Position numbers and translations under genes: made by a program
The notes under the pieces: model-generated
What the model was told of the DNA's origin: nothing
Database searches by the model: none
The model's input: the letters and a program-made list of their open reading frames with translations, nothing else
In this document: positions 1-8,219 of the stretch, piece after piece
Layout: the number at the start of each line of letters is the position of its first letter
How positions within the stretch are numbered: position 1 is the stretch's first letter
DNA from: an uncultured bacterium
Lineage (GTDB): Bacteria > CSSED10-310 > CAZUFC01
DNA length: 19,743 nucleotides
Assembly (NCBI GenBank): GCA_964619725.1
Contig: CAZUFC010000140.1
Location: 1 to 19,743 of the forward strand
Direction of reading: 5' to 3'

Positions 1-125
1 GGATTTCGTTGGTTGTTTTATGGTTGGTTGGGGGATTTCGTTGGTTGTTTTATGGTTGGTTGGGGGATTTCGTTGGTTGTTTTATGGCTGGTTGGGGGAT
101 TTCGTTGGTTGTTTTATGGTTGGTT
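1..125. repeat. 32-bp tandem repeat (minisatellite), ~3.9 copies, may continue beyond the window start
   Basis: Unit GGATTTCGTTGGTTGTTTTATGGTTGGTTGGG starts at 1, 33, 65 and 97. There is one substitution in copy 3 and no spacers between units. Confidence 0.97.
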
Positions 126-138
126 TGAGAGAAGTTTG

Positions 139-227
139 GGGACTGATCAAACCGGGGGTTACGCTTCTTTTAAAACTTTCGACGGTTTGTTTCAGTAATT
201 GGGGTACATGTCGGTATCGAAATAAAA
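139..227 (+). repeat. Dispersed repeat module A, copy 1
   Basis: 139-193 matches the reverse complement of 7584-7637 at about 45/55 (1 gap). The outer GTCGGTATCG(A)AATAAAA segment is also recognisable in other copies. Confidence 0.85.
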
Positions 228-307
228 GGCCATTGATGAAAAGACAGCGGTGAAATCGTCAAAAAGATGATTGTGGGCTGATTCAGTTTTTTCTGGAGTT
301 TCAATGA

Positions 308-523
308 GTCAAAGGTTTTATAAGAAAGCGACGCCCCGGCGCTATCAGTCCAAAAATTCCGTTTCTTTCCCAAGACGGTAAATTTTCAGATGACGGTTTT
401 TGCTAATAAAAATGATTTTGCATTCCACAAGTCCCTTCTGTCCCTTAGGTCCCTTAGGTCCCTTTCGTCCCTTTGTCCCTTTGTCCCTTCTTCCTGTATC
501 ATTAAAGCCCCTACCCGAATTCA
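308..523 (+). repeat. Dispersed ~215-bp repeat (partial inverted module A + body B), copy 1
   Basis: 344-490 aligns ungapped to 7629-7775 at 121/147 by manual count. Similarity extends to about 308-523 vs 7594-7806. Confidence 0.93.
431..490 (+). repeat. GTCCCTT(N)N short tandem array, 7 units (9,9,9,9,8,8,8 bp)
   Basis: gtcccttct gtcccttag gtcccttag gtccctttc gtcccttt gtcccttt gtcccttc. Confidence 0.95.
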
Positions 524-591
524 TTTTGTTCGATTTAATAATTCCGGCGCTGATCAGATATTGGTGTTTCGAGGTTACATTTTTTTTCGAT

Positions 592-661
592 TGATCGAAC
601 CGGGATTACACTTTTTTCAAAAGGTTCGCCAGTTAGTTTCGGCGTCGGGTGCGCAATAAAA
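592..661 (+). repeat. Dispersed repeat module A, further copy
   Basis: 592-640 matches the reverse complement of 7584-7632 at 38/49 ungapped. It is followed by GTCGGGTGCGCAATAAAA, resembling 210-227. Confidence 0.8.
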
Positions 662-714
662 TAATCACGAAGCGATATATGTTGACCTGATTATATTTTC
701 AAAGCTTCTTAGCC

Positions 715-770
715 GGCGCTTGTCCATAAACTCGATTCACGATTCAGAGTTTAATGCTGGACAGCCACTC
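715..770. repeat. Short element with TGTCCA/TGGACA inverted ends (REP/MITE-like), copy 1
   Basis: 718-768 equals the reverse complement of 17519-17569 at 45/51. Ends are GCTTGTCCA ... TGGACAGCC. Confidence 0.9.
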
Positions 771-909
771 GTTATTCAGGCTGCGAAAGATTGAAGGCTG
801 TTTTTTTTCGTCAAATTCGCCGTATTACATTGATCCGACTGCTACAAATTCATCATCCGCCTTCCGCCATTGCAGGCCGCGCATAAGCTATTTTGTGGAC
901 AGGTGCTGA

Positions 910-3900
910 TTATTTTTTTGATTTCCCTTTCTTTTTGATCATGAGGCTGCCGAAGAGGGCAATAAGCGCTGCTATTCCTATTGAATTTGCTGCGGGAACG
1001 GGCGGCGGCGTCGGGGTTATCGTGACCGTGGGCGACAGTGTAGGCGGTTCTGTGGGGGTTATGGTGGGAGTTTTCGTGGGTCTTTCTGTGGGAGTAAGCG
1101 TGGGGGACAGGGTTGCGGTCGGCGTAGTCGTTGGGGAGAGCGTCGGGGTTTGAGTAGGCGATTCAGTGGGCGTAAGAGTCGGTGAGTATGTCGGGGTATT
1201 TGTGGGCGTTCTGGTTGGAGTTTCAGTCGGCGTGGAGGTGGGGGAAAGGGTCGGGGAATAAGTGGGCGTATTGGTCGGGGTCAGGGTGGTTGTGGGCGTG
1301 AGCGTCGGCGTTCTGGTGGGAGTGAGCGTCGGGGAGAGCGTGGGGGTCAGGGTGGGGGTTTTTGTGGGGGTATTAGTGGGCGTAAGCGTAGGGGTATCGG
1401 TGGGAGTGGGAGAGAGAGTAGGAGTTCGGGTCGGGGTTCTTGTGGGGGTTCTGGTTGGAGTATCAGTGGGTGTGTGCGTCGGGGTTAGGGTGGGCGTTCG
1501 AGTCGGTGTTCTAGTCGGGGTTTTTGTGGGCGTCATGGTCGGGGAGGGCGTCAGGGTGGGAGTTCTTGTGGGCGTCAGCGTCGGAGTTCTGGTGGGCGTC
1601 AACGTTGGCGTCAGAGTGGGCGTGAGAGTGGGCGTCCTGGTGGGAGTTCTAGTCGGCGTTTGGGTTGGAGAGGGCGTCAGCGTCGGTGTTCTGGTGGGCG
1701 TGAGTGTAGGCGTCCTGGTTGGTGTTCTTGTCGGGATGTCGGTCTGCGTTGGAGACAATGTGGGCGTTCGAGTCGGCGTCAGGGTAGGTGTTCTTGTCGG
1801 CGTTGATGTGGGAGAATATGTCGGCGTTCTGGTAGGCGAATATGTGGCTGTCCAGGTGACGGTAGGCGAATATGTCGGCGTTCTGGTGGGAGTAAGCGAG
1901 GGAGTCAGAGTCTGCGTGCTGGTGGGCGATGATGTGGGAGAAGCGGTAGGCGAAGCGGTGGGTTGAGGAGTGGGAGACGTTGTCGGCGTCATTGTGGGAG
2001 TGGGAGCGGCGGGGCAGAGCCAATCCAGGACGGCGGCGAGGACCTCAGCGGCATCGGCGTGATCGTAATAGTCCATAGGCGTCCAGGCGGTACTGAAAAA
2101 TACTGTTTTCCAGGTTCCTCCGTCCATATCGATACAGGTAGGATTCCTTTGTCCGGGATCAGGATCGTCGCCTTTGTTGAAAAAGGCTGTGGAGGCTCCT
2201 GTTGCAGGATATACGTTATCGGAATAATCCTGGAAGAAAAATTCGTATTGGACGTTAACTATCCCGAAAGAACCTCCGACTGGATCGCCGGGATTGCCCA
2301 GGACCGGCGGAAGTCTCGTATCATCAACATGGCTGTCTATTCCCAGGTATTGTTGTCCGAAAGAGGTCAATCCCATGTCGTAAAGGTAGTCCTGGGAAGA
2401 CAGGAAGAGTTTTCCTCCATTATCGAGGTAGTCGGCCAGTTCATTTTCATCGCCGGCATTGGGGCCGGCGCTGGGGCCGTTGCCGGACTGAGCGTATTTT
2501 TCGCCGGAGAACCAGATTACCACGTCGTAATCGGCCATTTGGGCGAACGCAGGTCCGTTTTCATCGGCTGTTCCGACGGTGAAGATATCGTAAGCGTATC
2601 CCAGGTCGTCCAGCGCTGAAGTGTAATTAGCGATGCAATTCGGGAAATCATCGTCGTCATCCACGATCAGAACGGAACACCAGCCGACCGTCGGAACGGC
2701 TGTAGGCGTGAAGGGGACTTCCGTAGGTTCAAGAGTGGGCGTTTCTGTGGGAATGTCGGTCGGGACAGTTGAAGGGGACGGCGTAAGGGTGGATGTCGGT
2801 ACCTGTGTGGGAGTTGAAGAGGGCGGTTCGGTGGGCAGCTCGGTAGGCGAAGGGGAAAAAGTAGGAGTATGCGTTGAAGTGGGTAATGGAGTCGAGGAAA
2901 AGGTCGGCGTAAGGGAAGGAGTATTGCTCGGAACAGGCGTATCAGTGGGGAGAGGCGTTGCTGTGCTGGTGGGTTCCGGCGTGAATGTAGATGTCGGTGC
3001 GTTTGTGGGCGTATCAGTAGGGATATCGGTCGGTTCAGCGGTAAAAGTCGATGTTGGAATTGCCGTCGGAGTCCTGGTGGGCGATACGGTGGGAGTATTG
3101 GATGGAACCGGGGTAGGAGTGTGCGTGGGCGTTCGGGTTGGAGAGTCAGTGGGGGTGCGAGTGGGAGTATTCGAGGGAGTATTGGAGGGAACGGCAGAGG
3201 GGCTGTATGTCGGCGTGCGCGTCGGGGTATCTGTCGGGGTTCGAGTGAATGTGGAGGTAGGGGGCGACGTCGGCGTATCGCTGGGTATCGGCGTGGGTTC
3301 CTGCGTCGGAGTTTCCGTGGGCGTAGAGCACGGCCCCGTATAGGTGATTTTCACTTCATCTATATTCCAGCCGCAATAACGCCATCCCACGTCGGTGGGT
3401 CCCATGCCCCACCTGATCTTGACGTCGGACTCTCCTGCCGCGTATGTCGTTATGTCATATTCGACCGGTTCCCAGGCGCCGCCGTTCAGCGTTTCTGCAT
3501 TCGTCCAGACATTGTGCCACGAGGCGCCGCCGTCGCTGCTGACGTCGATGTAACCTTCATCATAAATATTCTGTTCCAGGCCCAGCCAGCGTTGGAAGGA
3601 CAATTTCACGTTATCCGCAGCGCCGGAACAGTCGATGGAAGGTGTCGTCAGGTAAAGCGTTTCCGCCATGTTATTGGGGTAATCGCCGTTAAGATTGTAT
3701 CCGTATACGGCAGGACCGTCGTAACCCGAATCGGGATCGGGTTCGCCGTATTGACCGCCCTGTCCCGTAGGCTGTCCATAGGCCCAGTCGCCTTGTGCAG
3801 ACCATCCCGGATCGCTGTCCATGGATTCGTACAGGGCCGTGTTCAATGCATACGTAGTGAACGCATGGTAATTGCCGTTATTGTCGTCGACAGCGGTATT

Positions 3901-5952
3901 GCCGGCTTCGTCTGCGCTTTCAACGTAAAGGAGGTAAGAGGTGCAGGAGTCGAGTCCGTCCAGCGTTATGCTGTGGTCCAGGGACAATTCCGGATCGGTC
4001 TGAATTATAGTCGGCATTGTTGTGCCGTAATAAACCGTGGAATTAGCAAGTTCATTCGTCGTCCAGACGACACGGGCCGAGGATGCGGTTATATCGAGAA
4101 TTTGAACGCCGGTAATGACCGGGACGATGCCGTCGATCAAGGCGGTGTCCTGTTCTCCAGCGGAAGGATAATCGGCCGTGACGGTATCGCCGTCTGAAAC
4201 TGAGAGAACGCCGTCATTGGCCGGCGGAATGGAAGAACAATTGATCGTTCCCGTGAATTCGCCCGGAGAGCTTTCGTTGCAGACGACGGCTTCGGCCGTG
4301 GTTTCCGTGGAACTGGACATCTGGACGGTGACGCTTCCGCTTGCCGTTTGATCCAATACCGTAATGTTGATCGAATCGTTCAACTGGTAAACGTCGCGGT
4401 CCATGAAGATGCCGCTCAAAGACTGGTAGGCCGTCCAGGCGTCAAGAAGCCCCCAGCCCCATACGTGATTGGGATAAGTGTCGGAAGCGTCAATGCCCTG
4501 GCAGGTCTGGTTCCAGTAACCCGCTCCGGGATACTGTCCGTCGGGGTCCCTGTATGCGGAATCGATAATGAGGTTGCTCGTCGCGTCGATATCGCCGATT
4601 AATTGTGGAGACGCGGACCACAGCAAAGCAATGACGCCGCAAGTATGCGGACCCGCCATTGAAGTGCCTCCCCAGCCGTCTTCGTAGGTGTTGCCGGGTA
4701 CGCACGATCGAATATCATAACCCGGAGCGCATATTTCCGGTTTAATGAAATCAGGGGAACCCGGTATGCTGGAATGTGCCGGGCCTCGACTGGAACCCCA
4801 ATATGTCCAGCTTTCGCTTACTATTCTGTCCTGGCTGTCGCTCGCTCCGGTGGTCAGTACCTGCGGGTAATCGCCGGGAGAACGCAGCGATTGACAATCG
4901 TCGCCCTCGTTGCCGGCGGAAAATTCCATGAACACGCCGGCCGCCTGTAATGCATCGATATCCGGCGCATATTGGTAATCGCCGCCTCCGTAAGGCCAGC
5001 CCCAGGAATTGTTTACTACGTGAGGAGCCTTCTCCGGCAGTCCGTCGGCCGGACCATCTCCGTATGCATAAGGCGCCAGAAACCATTCAAAACATTCATG
5101 GAATCCCGCATCGTCCTCAAGCGGTCCGCATGCTATCCATTCGGCTCCCGGCGCTACGCCGATCTGGTTGCCGGCGCCGTCGTCGCCCACCATGGTTCCC
5201 ATAGTGTGGGTGCCGTGTTGACCCTGGTCGCAGGGTACCGATGCATCAGGACATGTGGAGTTGGTGCTGCAGGCGTGCCAGTTGTAATCATGATCGGCCG
5301 TTGAGCCGTTCCAGCCCCTGTATTGGTCTTTCAAAGCTGGATGGTCCCATTGTACGCCCGTGTCCAGGTTCGCCACCACTATCCCTTCGCCGGTATGACC
5401 TTCCCCCCAGATCAGGTCAGCCCTGATATGCGTTATTCCCCATTCCACGCCTTTCGATCCGGGAGACCTGAACGATTCCGGTTGCGGCTCAATACCCTTG
5501 TAAGGACGGTTGGCGCGTATTTCCGCCACGTCCTCCCGCAATGCCGCCTTCCATAATAAATCGTAATCGCCTTCACGAACCAGAATCATGTTCTGTATAT
5601 AATAGGAACGAAATTCAACGTCACGGCCTTGCAATTCCGCCAGTACCGCTCCCTGCGTCCTTTCAGCGACATCCAGCAGACGGGTGTAGACGTAACGGCC
5701 CTTCGCCTCCTTGTCTTTCAAACTTCCCGCACCCGAAATATCCGCCTGCTCCTTTAAAACAATAAAATAATCCGTTCGACCTATCGCCGCCAACTCCTCC
5801 AGAACAAGCGGTTCGACTTTGGATAATGTCTTATGCTTGAGCGGTTCAGGCAAATCCCGGATGTGACCGGGCAGCCCGGCTCCGTACAATTCCGGTCCGT
5901 TCATTGAAAAAATAACTACCAAAAACAAAAGTAACATCTTTTTCAGGGACAT
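910..5952 (-). CDS. Secreted S8 family serine peptidase (bacillopeptidase F-like) with FN3-like and beta-sandwich accessory domains, two Pro/Thr-rich stalks and an IPTL-CTERM-like sorting signal, ~1680 aa
   Basis: Catalytic motifs are VANLDTG (Asp, 5362-5364), HGTHTMGT (His, 5215-5217), SAGNEG (oxyanion Asn) and GGTSMAGPH (Ser, 4660-4662). Start moved from 6060 to ATG 5952, which has GGGAGG 5 nt upstream and is followed by a signal peptide ([15 protein letters not shown]). The C-terminus is VPAANSIG + hydrophobic helix + KKKGKSKK. Confidence 0.95.
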   Translation of the reverse strand: MSLKKMLLLFLVVIFSMNGPELYGAGLPGHIRDLPEPLKHKTLSKVEPLVLEELAAIGRTDYFIVLKEQADISGAGSLKDKEAKGRYVYTRLLDVAERTQGAVLAELQGRDVEFRSYYIQNMILVREGDYDLLWKAALREDVAEIRANRPYKGIEPQPESFRSPGSKGVEWGITHIRADLIWGEGHTGEGIVVANLDTGVQWDHPALKDQYRGWNGSTADHDYNWHACSTNSTCPDASVPCDQGQHGTHTMGTMVGDDGAGNQIGVAPGAEWIACGPLEDDAGFHECFEWFLAPYAYGDGPADGLPEKAPHVVNNSWGWPYGGGDYQYAPDIDALQAAGVFMEFSAGNEGDDCQSLRSPGDYPQVLTTGASDSQDRIVSESWTYWGSSRGPAHSSIPGSPDFIKPEICAPGYDIRSCVPGNTYEDGWGGTSMAGPHTCGVIALLWSASPQLIGDIDATSNLIIDSAYRDPDGQYPGAGYWNQTCQGIDASDTYPNHVWGWGLLDAWTAYQSLSGIFMDRDVYQLNDSINITVLDQTASGSVTVQMSSSTETTAEAVVCNESSPGEFTGTINCSSIPPANDGVLSVSDGDTVTADYPSAGEQDTALIDGIVPVITGVQILDITASSARVVWTTNELANSTVYYGTTMPTIIQTDPELSLDHSITLDGLDSCTSYLLYVESADEAGNTAVDDNNGNYHAFTTYALNTALYESMDSDPGWSAQGDWAYGQPTGQGGQYGEPDPDSGYDGPAVYGYNLNGDYPNNMAETLYLTTPSIDCSGAADNVKLSFQRWLGLEQNIYDEGYIDVSSDGGASWHNVWTNAETLNGGAWEPVEYDITTYAAGESDVKIRWGMGPTDVGWRYCGWNIDEVKITYTGPCSTPTETPTQEPTPIPSDTPTSPPTSTFTRTPTDTPTRTPTYSPSAVPSNTPSNTPTRTPTDSPTRTPTHTPTPVPSNTPTVSPTRTPTAIPTSTFTAEPTDIPTDTPTNAPTSTFTPEPTSTATPLPTDTPVPSNTPSLTPTFSSTPLPTSTHTPTFSPSPTELPTEPPSSTPTQVPTSTLTPSPSTVPTDIPTETPTLEPTEVPFTPTAVPTVGWCSVLIVDDDDDFPNCIANYTSALDDLGYAYDIFTVGTADENGPAFAQMADYDVVIWFSGEKYAQSGNGPSAGPNAGDENELADYLDNGGKLFLSSQDYLYDMGLTSFGQQYLGIDSHVDDTRLPPVLGNPGDPVGGSFGIVNVQYEFFFQDYSDNVYPATGASTAFFNKGDDPDPGQRNPTCIDMDGGTWKTVFFSTAWTPMDYYDHADAAEVLAAVLDWLCPAAPTPTMTPTTSPTPQPTASPTASPTSSPTSTQTLTPSLTPTRTPTYSPTVTWTATYSPTRTPTYSPTSTPTRTPTLTPTRTPTLSPTQTDIPTRTPTRTPTLTPTRTPTLTPSPTQTPTRTPTRTPTLTPTLTPTLTPTRTPTLTPTRTPTLTPSPTMTPTKTPTRTPTRTPTLTPTHTPTDTPTRTPTRTPTRTPTLSPTPTDTPTLTPTNTPTKTPTLTPTLSPTLTPTRTPTLTPTTTLTPTNTPTYSPTLSPTSTPTETPTRTPTNTPTYSPTLTPTESPTQTPTLSPTTTPTATLSPTLTPTERPTKTPTITPTEPPTLSPTVTITPTPPPVPAANSIGIAALIALFGSLMIKKKGKSKK
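1000..2010 (-). repeat. Coding low-complexity repeat: ~335-aa (TPTx)n stalk, 12-nt period
   Basis: Translation is dominated by [12 protein letters not shown]/SPTx tetrapeptides with varied synonymous codons. Confidence 0.95.
2685..3325 (-). repeat. Coding low-complexity repeat: ~210-aa Pro/Thr/Ser linker
   Basis: [20 protein letters not shown]...TPTAVPT lies between two globular domains. Confidence 0.93.
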
Positions 5953-6221
5953 CGCCGCCTCCCAATCATTTTTAATTTTTCTTCTTGAAAACCCTTTACT
6001 TGCTATCAAAGACGTTAAGCTATACCTGCGGGATTCGAGATACGTCATGTCTCTATCCAATTCGGAAAGTCCAATCTTATCTCTATTTTAATAAATGACC
6101 GAAGTCAAGTCATGATTTGCCGCATCAGATTTTTTTTTTGGAAAATGTTCTTAATAACTTCAGAAGGTTTTCATCGGCTTTAGAAGCGCTTTTACGGCAC
6201 GAGATTTCCGGCCTTACGGGT

Positions 6222-7142
6222 TTACGGCAGGACCTGACGGAATGTTGCGCCGGACATGGCATTTTTCGCCAACGCCAGCGCTCCCAGTATGCCGGCTTTA
6301 TCGCCCAGGGCCGGTTCAACGATGTAATCGCTGATGTTATCTGTCAGGGCAGGCGTTTTCATATAATCGTTCATATTGTCGGCAACTTTTTTCCTGATCA
6401 TGTCATAAAGCCGTTGCTGCTTCATGACGCCGCCTCCGATGATTATTTTCTCCGGCGCTGTTGTGCATATAAAATTAACGAGAGCGAGAGCGATATAATG
6501 AGCTTCCAGTTTCCAGGCGGGATGATCGTCATTGAGTTCGACGGGATTCTTCCGCCATCGGCCGGCGATTGCAGGACCTGAAGCGAGACCTTCGAAACAG
6601 TCCCGGTGAAAGGGGCAGCAGCCGGGATAGGGGTCACGGGTTTGATCATGAGGAATACGAATATGCCCCATTTCCGGGTGCATTACGCCGTGCAGGAGTT
6701 TGCCGTTTATCATGCCGCCTCCGCCGATTCCGGTACCCACGGTAAGGTAAATGAAATTCCGCAATCCTGCGGCTGTGCCCCAGCAATGCTCCCCCAGTCC
6801 AGCGGCATTGACGTCGGTATCGAAACCCACCGGTATGTTCAGTTCATCCTCGAAAATACCGGCAAACTCCGTATTGCTCCAACCGGCCTTGGGCGTCGAT
6901 GTTATATAGCCATAAGATGGAGAACAGGAATGCAAATCCACAGGACCGAAAGAACCTATGCCGAGGGATAGGATATGGCGTTTCTTCTGCTGCTTACGGA
7001 AATAGTCTAAAGCCCGTCCGATCGTTTCTTCCGGCGTAGTCGTCTCAAAACGCTCTTCATCAATTAAGTCCCGGGGTCCATTACCCAGAGCACAAACGAA
7101 TTTCGTTCCGCCCGCCTCAATGCCTCCGTAATATTTTTTCAT
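6222..7142 (-). CDS. ROK family sugar kinase, fructokinase (ScrK/YdhR-like)
   Basis: Motifs GGIEAGGTKFVCA, GSFGP, TDVNAA, YLTVGTGIGGG and HPEMGH...CPFHRDCFEGLASG (Zn-binding). GGGGGAG RBS upstream. Confidence 0.93.
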   Translation of the reverse strand: MKKYYGGIEAGGTKFVCALGNGPRDLIDEERFETTTPEETIGRALDYFRKQQKKRHILSLGIGSFGPVDLHSCSPSYGYITSTPKAGWSNTEFAGIFEDELNIPVGFDTDVNAAGLGEHCWGTAAGLRNFIYLTVGTGIGGGGMINGKLLHGVMHPEMGHIRIPHDQTRDPYPGCCPFHRDCFEGLASGPAIAGRWRKNPVELNDDHPAWKLEAHYIALALVNFICTTAPEKIIIGGGVMKQQRLYDMIRKKVADNMNDYMKTPALTDNISDYIVEPALGDKAGILGALALAKNAMSGATFRQVLP

Positions 7143-7211
7143 GACTCGACGCTCCCCCTGTAAACTTTAATGATCAAACAGCGAATCGAGCATAGAAACA
7201 ACTTAAAATCC

Positions 7212-7334
7212 GAGTCGTTTAACGCTGTCCGGGGACGCTGATTGCATGAAAAGGAATGCGTCGTCAGACGACGTCAATTGCAGAGAATGCTTCGAACAGC
7301 GTCACCTGTTCCTGAGATTCACGAATTACGACTC
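7212..7334 (-). other. Candidate structured 5' leader / ncRNA upstream of the fructokinase
   Basis: Nested inverted repeats: GAGTCGT 7212-7218/ACGACTC 7328-7334; GACGCTG 7234-7240/CAGCGTC 7297-7303; CGTCGTC-A-GACGACG 7259-7273. It begins about 7 nt after a predicted -10 box. Confidence 0.4.
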
Positions 7335-7341
7335 AATTGAA

Positions 7342-7371
7342 ATGATAATGGATTTCTGCCGCATTTTGCAA
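7342..7371 (-). promoter_or_regulatory. Putative sigma70-type promoter for the fructokinase transcript
   Basis: TTGCAA (7371-7366)-18 nt-TATCAT (7347-7342). Confidence 0.55.
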
Positions 7372-7547
7372 GATAGAGGGGCGCATATGCTGATTCATTA
7401 ACGGACCGGCATAAACCCAGGCTTGTCCGAATCGTGATAAGTTTGAAGATAAGAGGGGCTGCGCCTGATAAAAGTTACTTTTTCGGCAATGATGAAAAAA
7501 AGCGTCTATCGAGGTTACAATTCGACGGAATATCCCACCATTTTTTT

Positions 7548-7806
7548 TTTGATGCCGATACCGATGCTGACCCCCCGATTAACGAAACAAACTGTCAAAA
7601 GTTCTGAAAGAAATGTAATCCAGGTATGATCAGTCCCACAATTCCGTTTCTTTTTTGAGACTGTTAATTTTCAGATGCGGGTTTTGGCTCATAATAATGA
7701 TTGTATATTCCAGCAGTCCCTTCTGTCCTTTTGGTCCCTTAGGTCCTTTATGTCTCTTTGTCCTTTTGTCCCTTTTCCCCTTTTTTAAGGCCCATACACA
7801 AATTCA
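7548..7806 (+). repeat. Dispersed repeat (inverted module A 7548-7637 + body B to 7806), copy 2
   Basis: Direct homolog of 308-523 at offset 7285. The left part is the reverse complement of 139-227. Confidence 0.93.
7716..7775 (+). repeat. GTCCCTT array, 7 degenerate units (9,9,9,9,8,8,8 bp)
   Basis: gtcccttct gtccttttg gtcccttag gtcctttat gtctcttt gtcctttt gtcccttt. Confidence 0.93.
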
Positions 7807-7984
7807 ATAACGGCGTAATTACCCATTATATCGTTCGCTTCTTCGTTCAGCATGGCGCTTCAAAATTGCAGTCCCCCGGATTTCGTTTTGGCCTGCACCG
7901 GGGCAGGTGAATTCGTTTAGAACGTTTATTTTTGATGCCCTTGTTTCATGGTCTGTCTTGTTGAAATCCACTTTTTGGAAGTAC

Positions 7985-8019
7985 GAAAGGGACGAAAGGG
8001 ACGAAAGGGACGAGAGGAC
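7985..8019 (-). repeat. Inverted GTCCCTTTC array: 3 perfect 9-bp units + 1 degenerate
   Basis: (GAAAGGGAC)x3 at 7985-8011, then GAGAGGAC. Confidence 0.93.
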
Positions 8020-8062
8020 TATAGAATTCATTTTGGACGCTTCTGAGCAATTACGTATTACG

Positions 8063-8094
8063 ATTGCGATACCGACCTCTATAGCGAAACAAAC
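8063..8094 (-). repeat. Partial copy of the outer end of module A
   Basis: Reverse complement GTTTGTTTC-GCTATAGAG-GTCGGTATCGCAAT, compared with GTTTGTTTC...GTCGGTATCGAAAT at 185-223. Confidence 0.65.
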
Positions 8095-8120
8095 AGCGTT
8101 TTACGGTGCGGTTAAAGCTT

Positions 8121-8149
8121 TTGACTTTTGTAGCGCCTTTTTTTACACT
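8121..8149 (+). promoter_or_regulatory. Putative sigma70-type promoter for the glycosyltransferase
   Basis: TTGACT-17 nt-TACACT. Confidence 0.6.
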
Positions 8150-8219
8150 TTGCGATTGAAAATTTTTTTTCTGGAGAGAGGGTGAAGTTACCGGGTTTTT
8201 CAGTTTACAATTTTGAATT

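Noticed and set aside
1-125. CRISPR array (32-bp repeat length)
   Set aside because: Units are head-to-tail with no unique spacers, and there are no cas genes in the window.
13-659. Short ORFs 13..198, 20..253, 170..373, 390..659, 400..594
   Set aside because: They are translations of tandem and dispersed non-coding repeats. The 32-bp and 8/9-bp periods break frame logic, and no RBS is evident.
893-4197. Val/Gly-rich and other + strand ORFs (893..1153, 1262..1966, 1963..2619, 2633..3343, 3121..4197)
   Set aside because: Antisense shadows of the protease gene. Pro/Thr codons read as Gly/Val on the opposite strand.
5953-6060. N-terminal extension of the protease from the TTG at 6060
   Set aside because: The RBS and signal peptide fit ATG 5952.
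7217-7311. Integron attC site (GTTTAAC matches RYYYAAC, followed by a hairpin)
   Set aside because: No matching GTTRRRY at the other end, no integrase and no cassette-like gene array.
7311-7322. Glycine riboswitch (AAUCUCAGG-like string on the - strand)
   Set aside because: The other conserved elements (GGAGA, CCGAAG) are absent and the gene context is unrelated.
308-7806. Diversity-generating retroelement TR/VR pair
   Set aside because: Mismatches are not confined to adenines in either copy or strand, neither copy lies in a gene's 3' end, and there is no reverse transcriptase in the window.
7819-8185. ORFs 7819..8031 (-) and 7907..8185 (+) with SLS/ERD repeats
   Set aside because: Products of the 9-bp array. 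No RBS, and 7907..8185 overlaps a repeat end and the predicted promoter at 8121.
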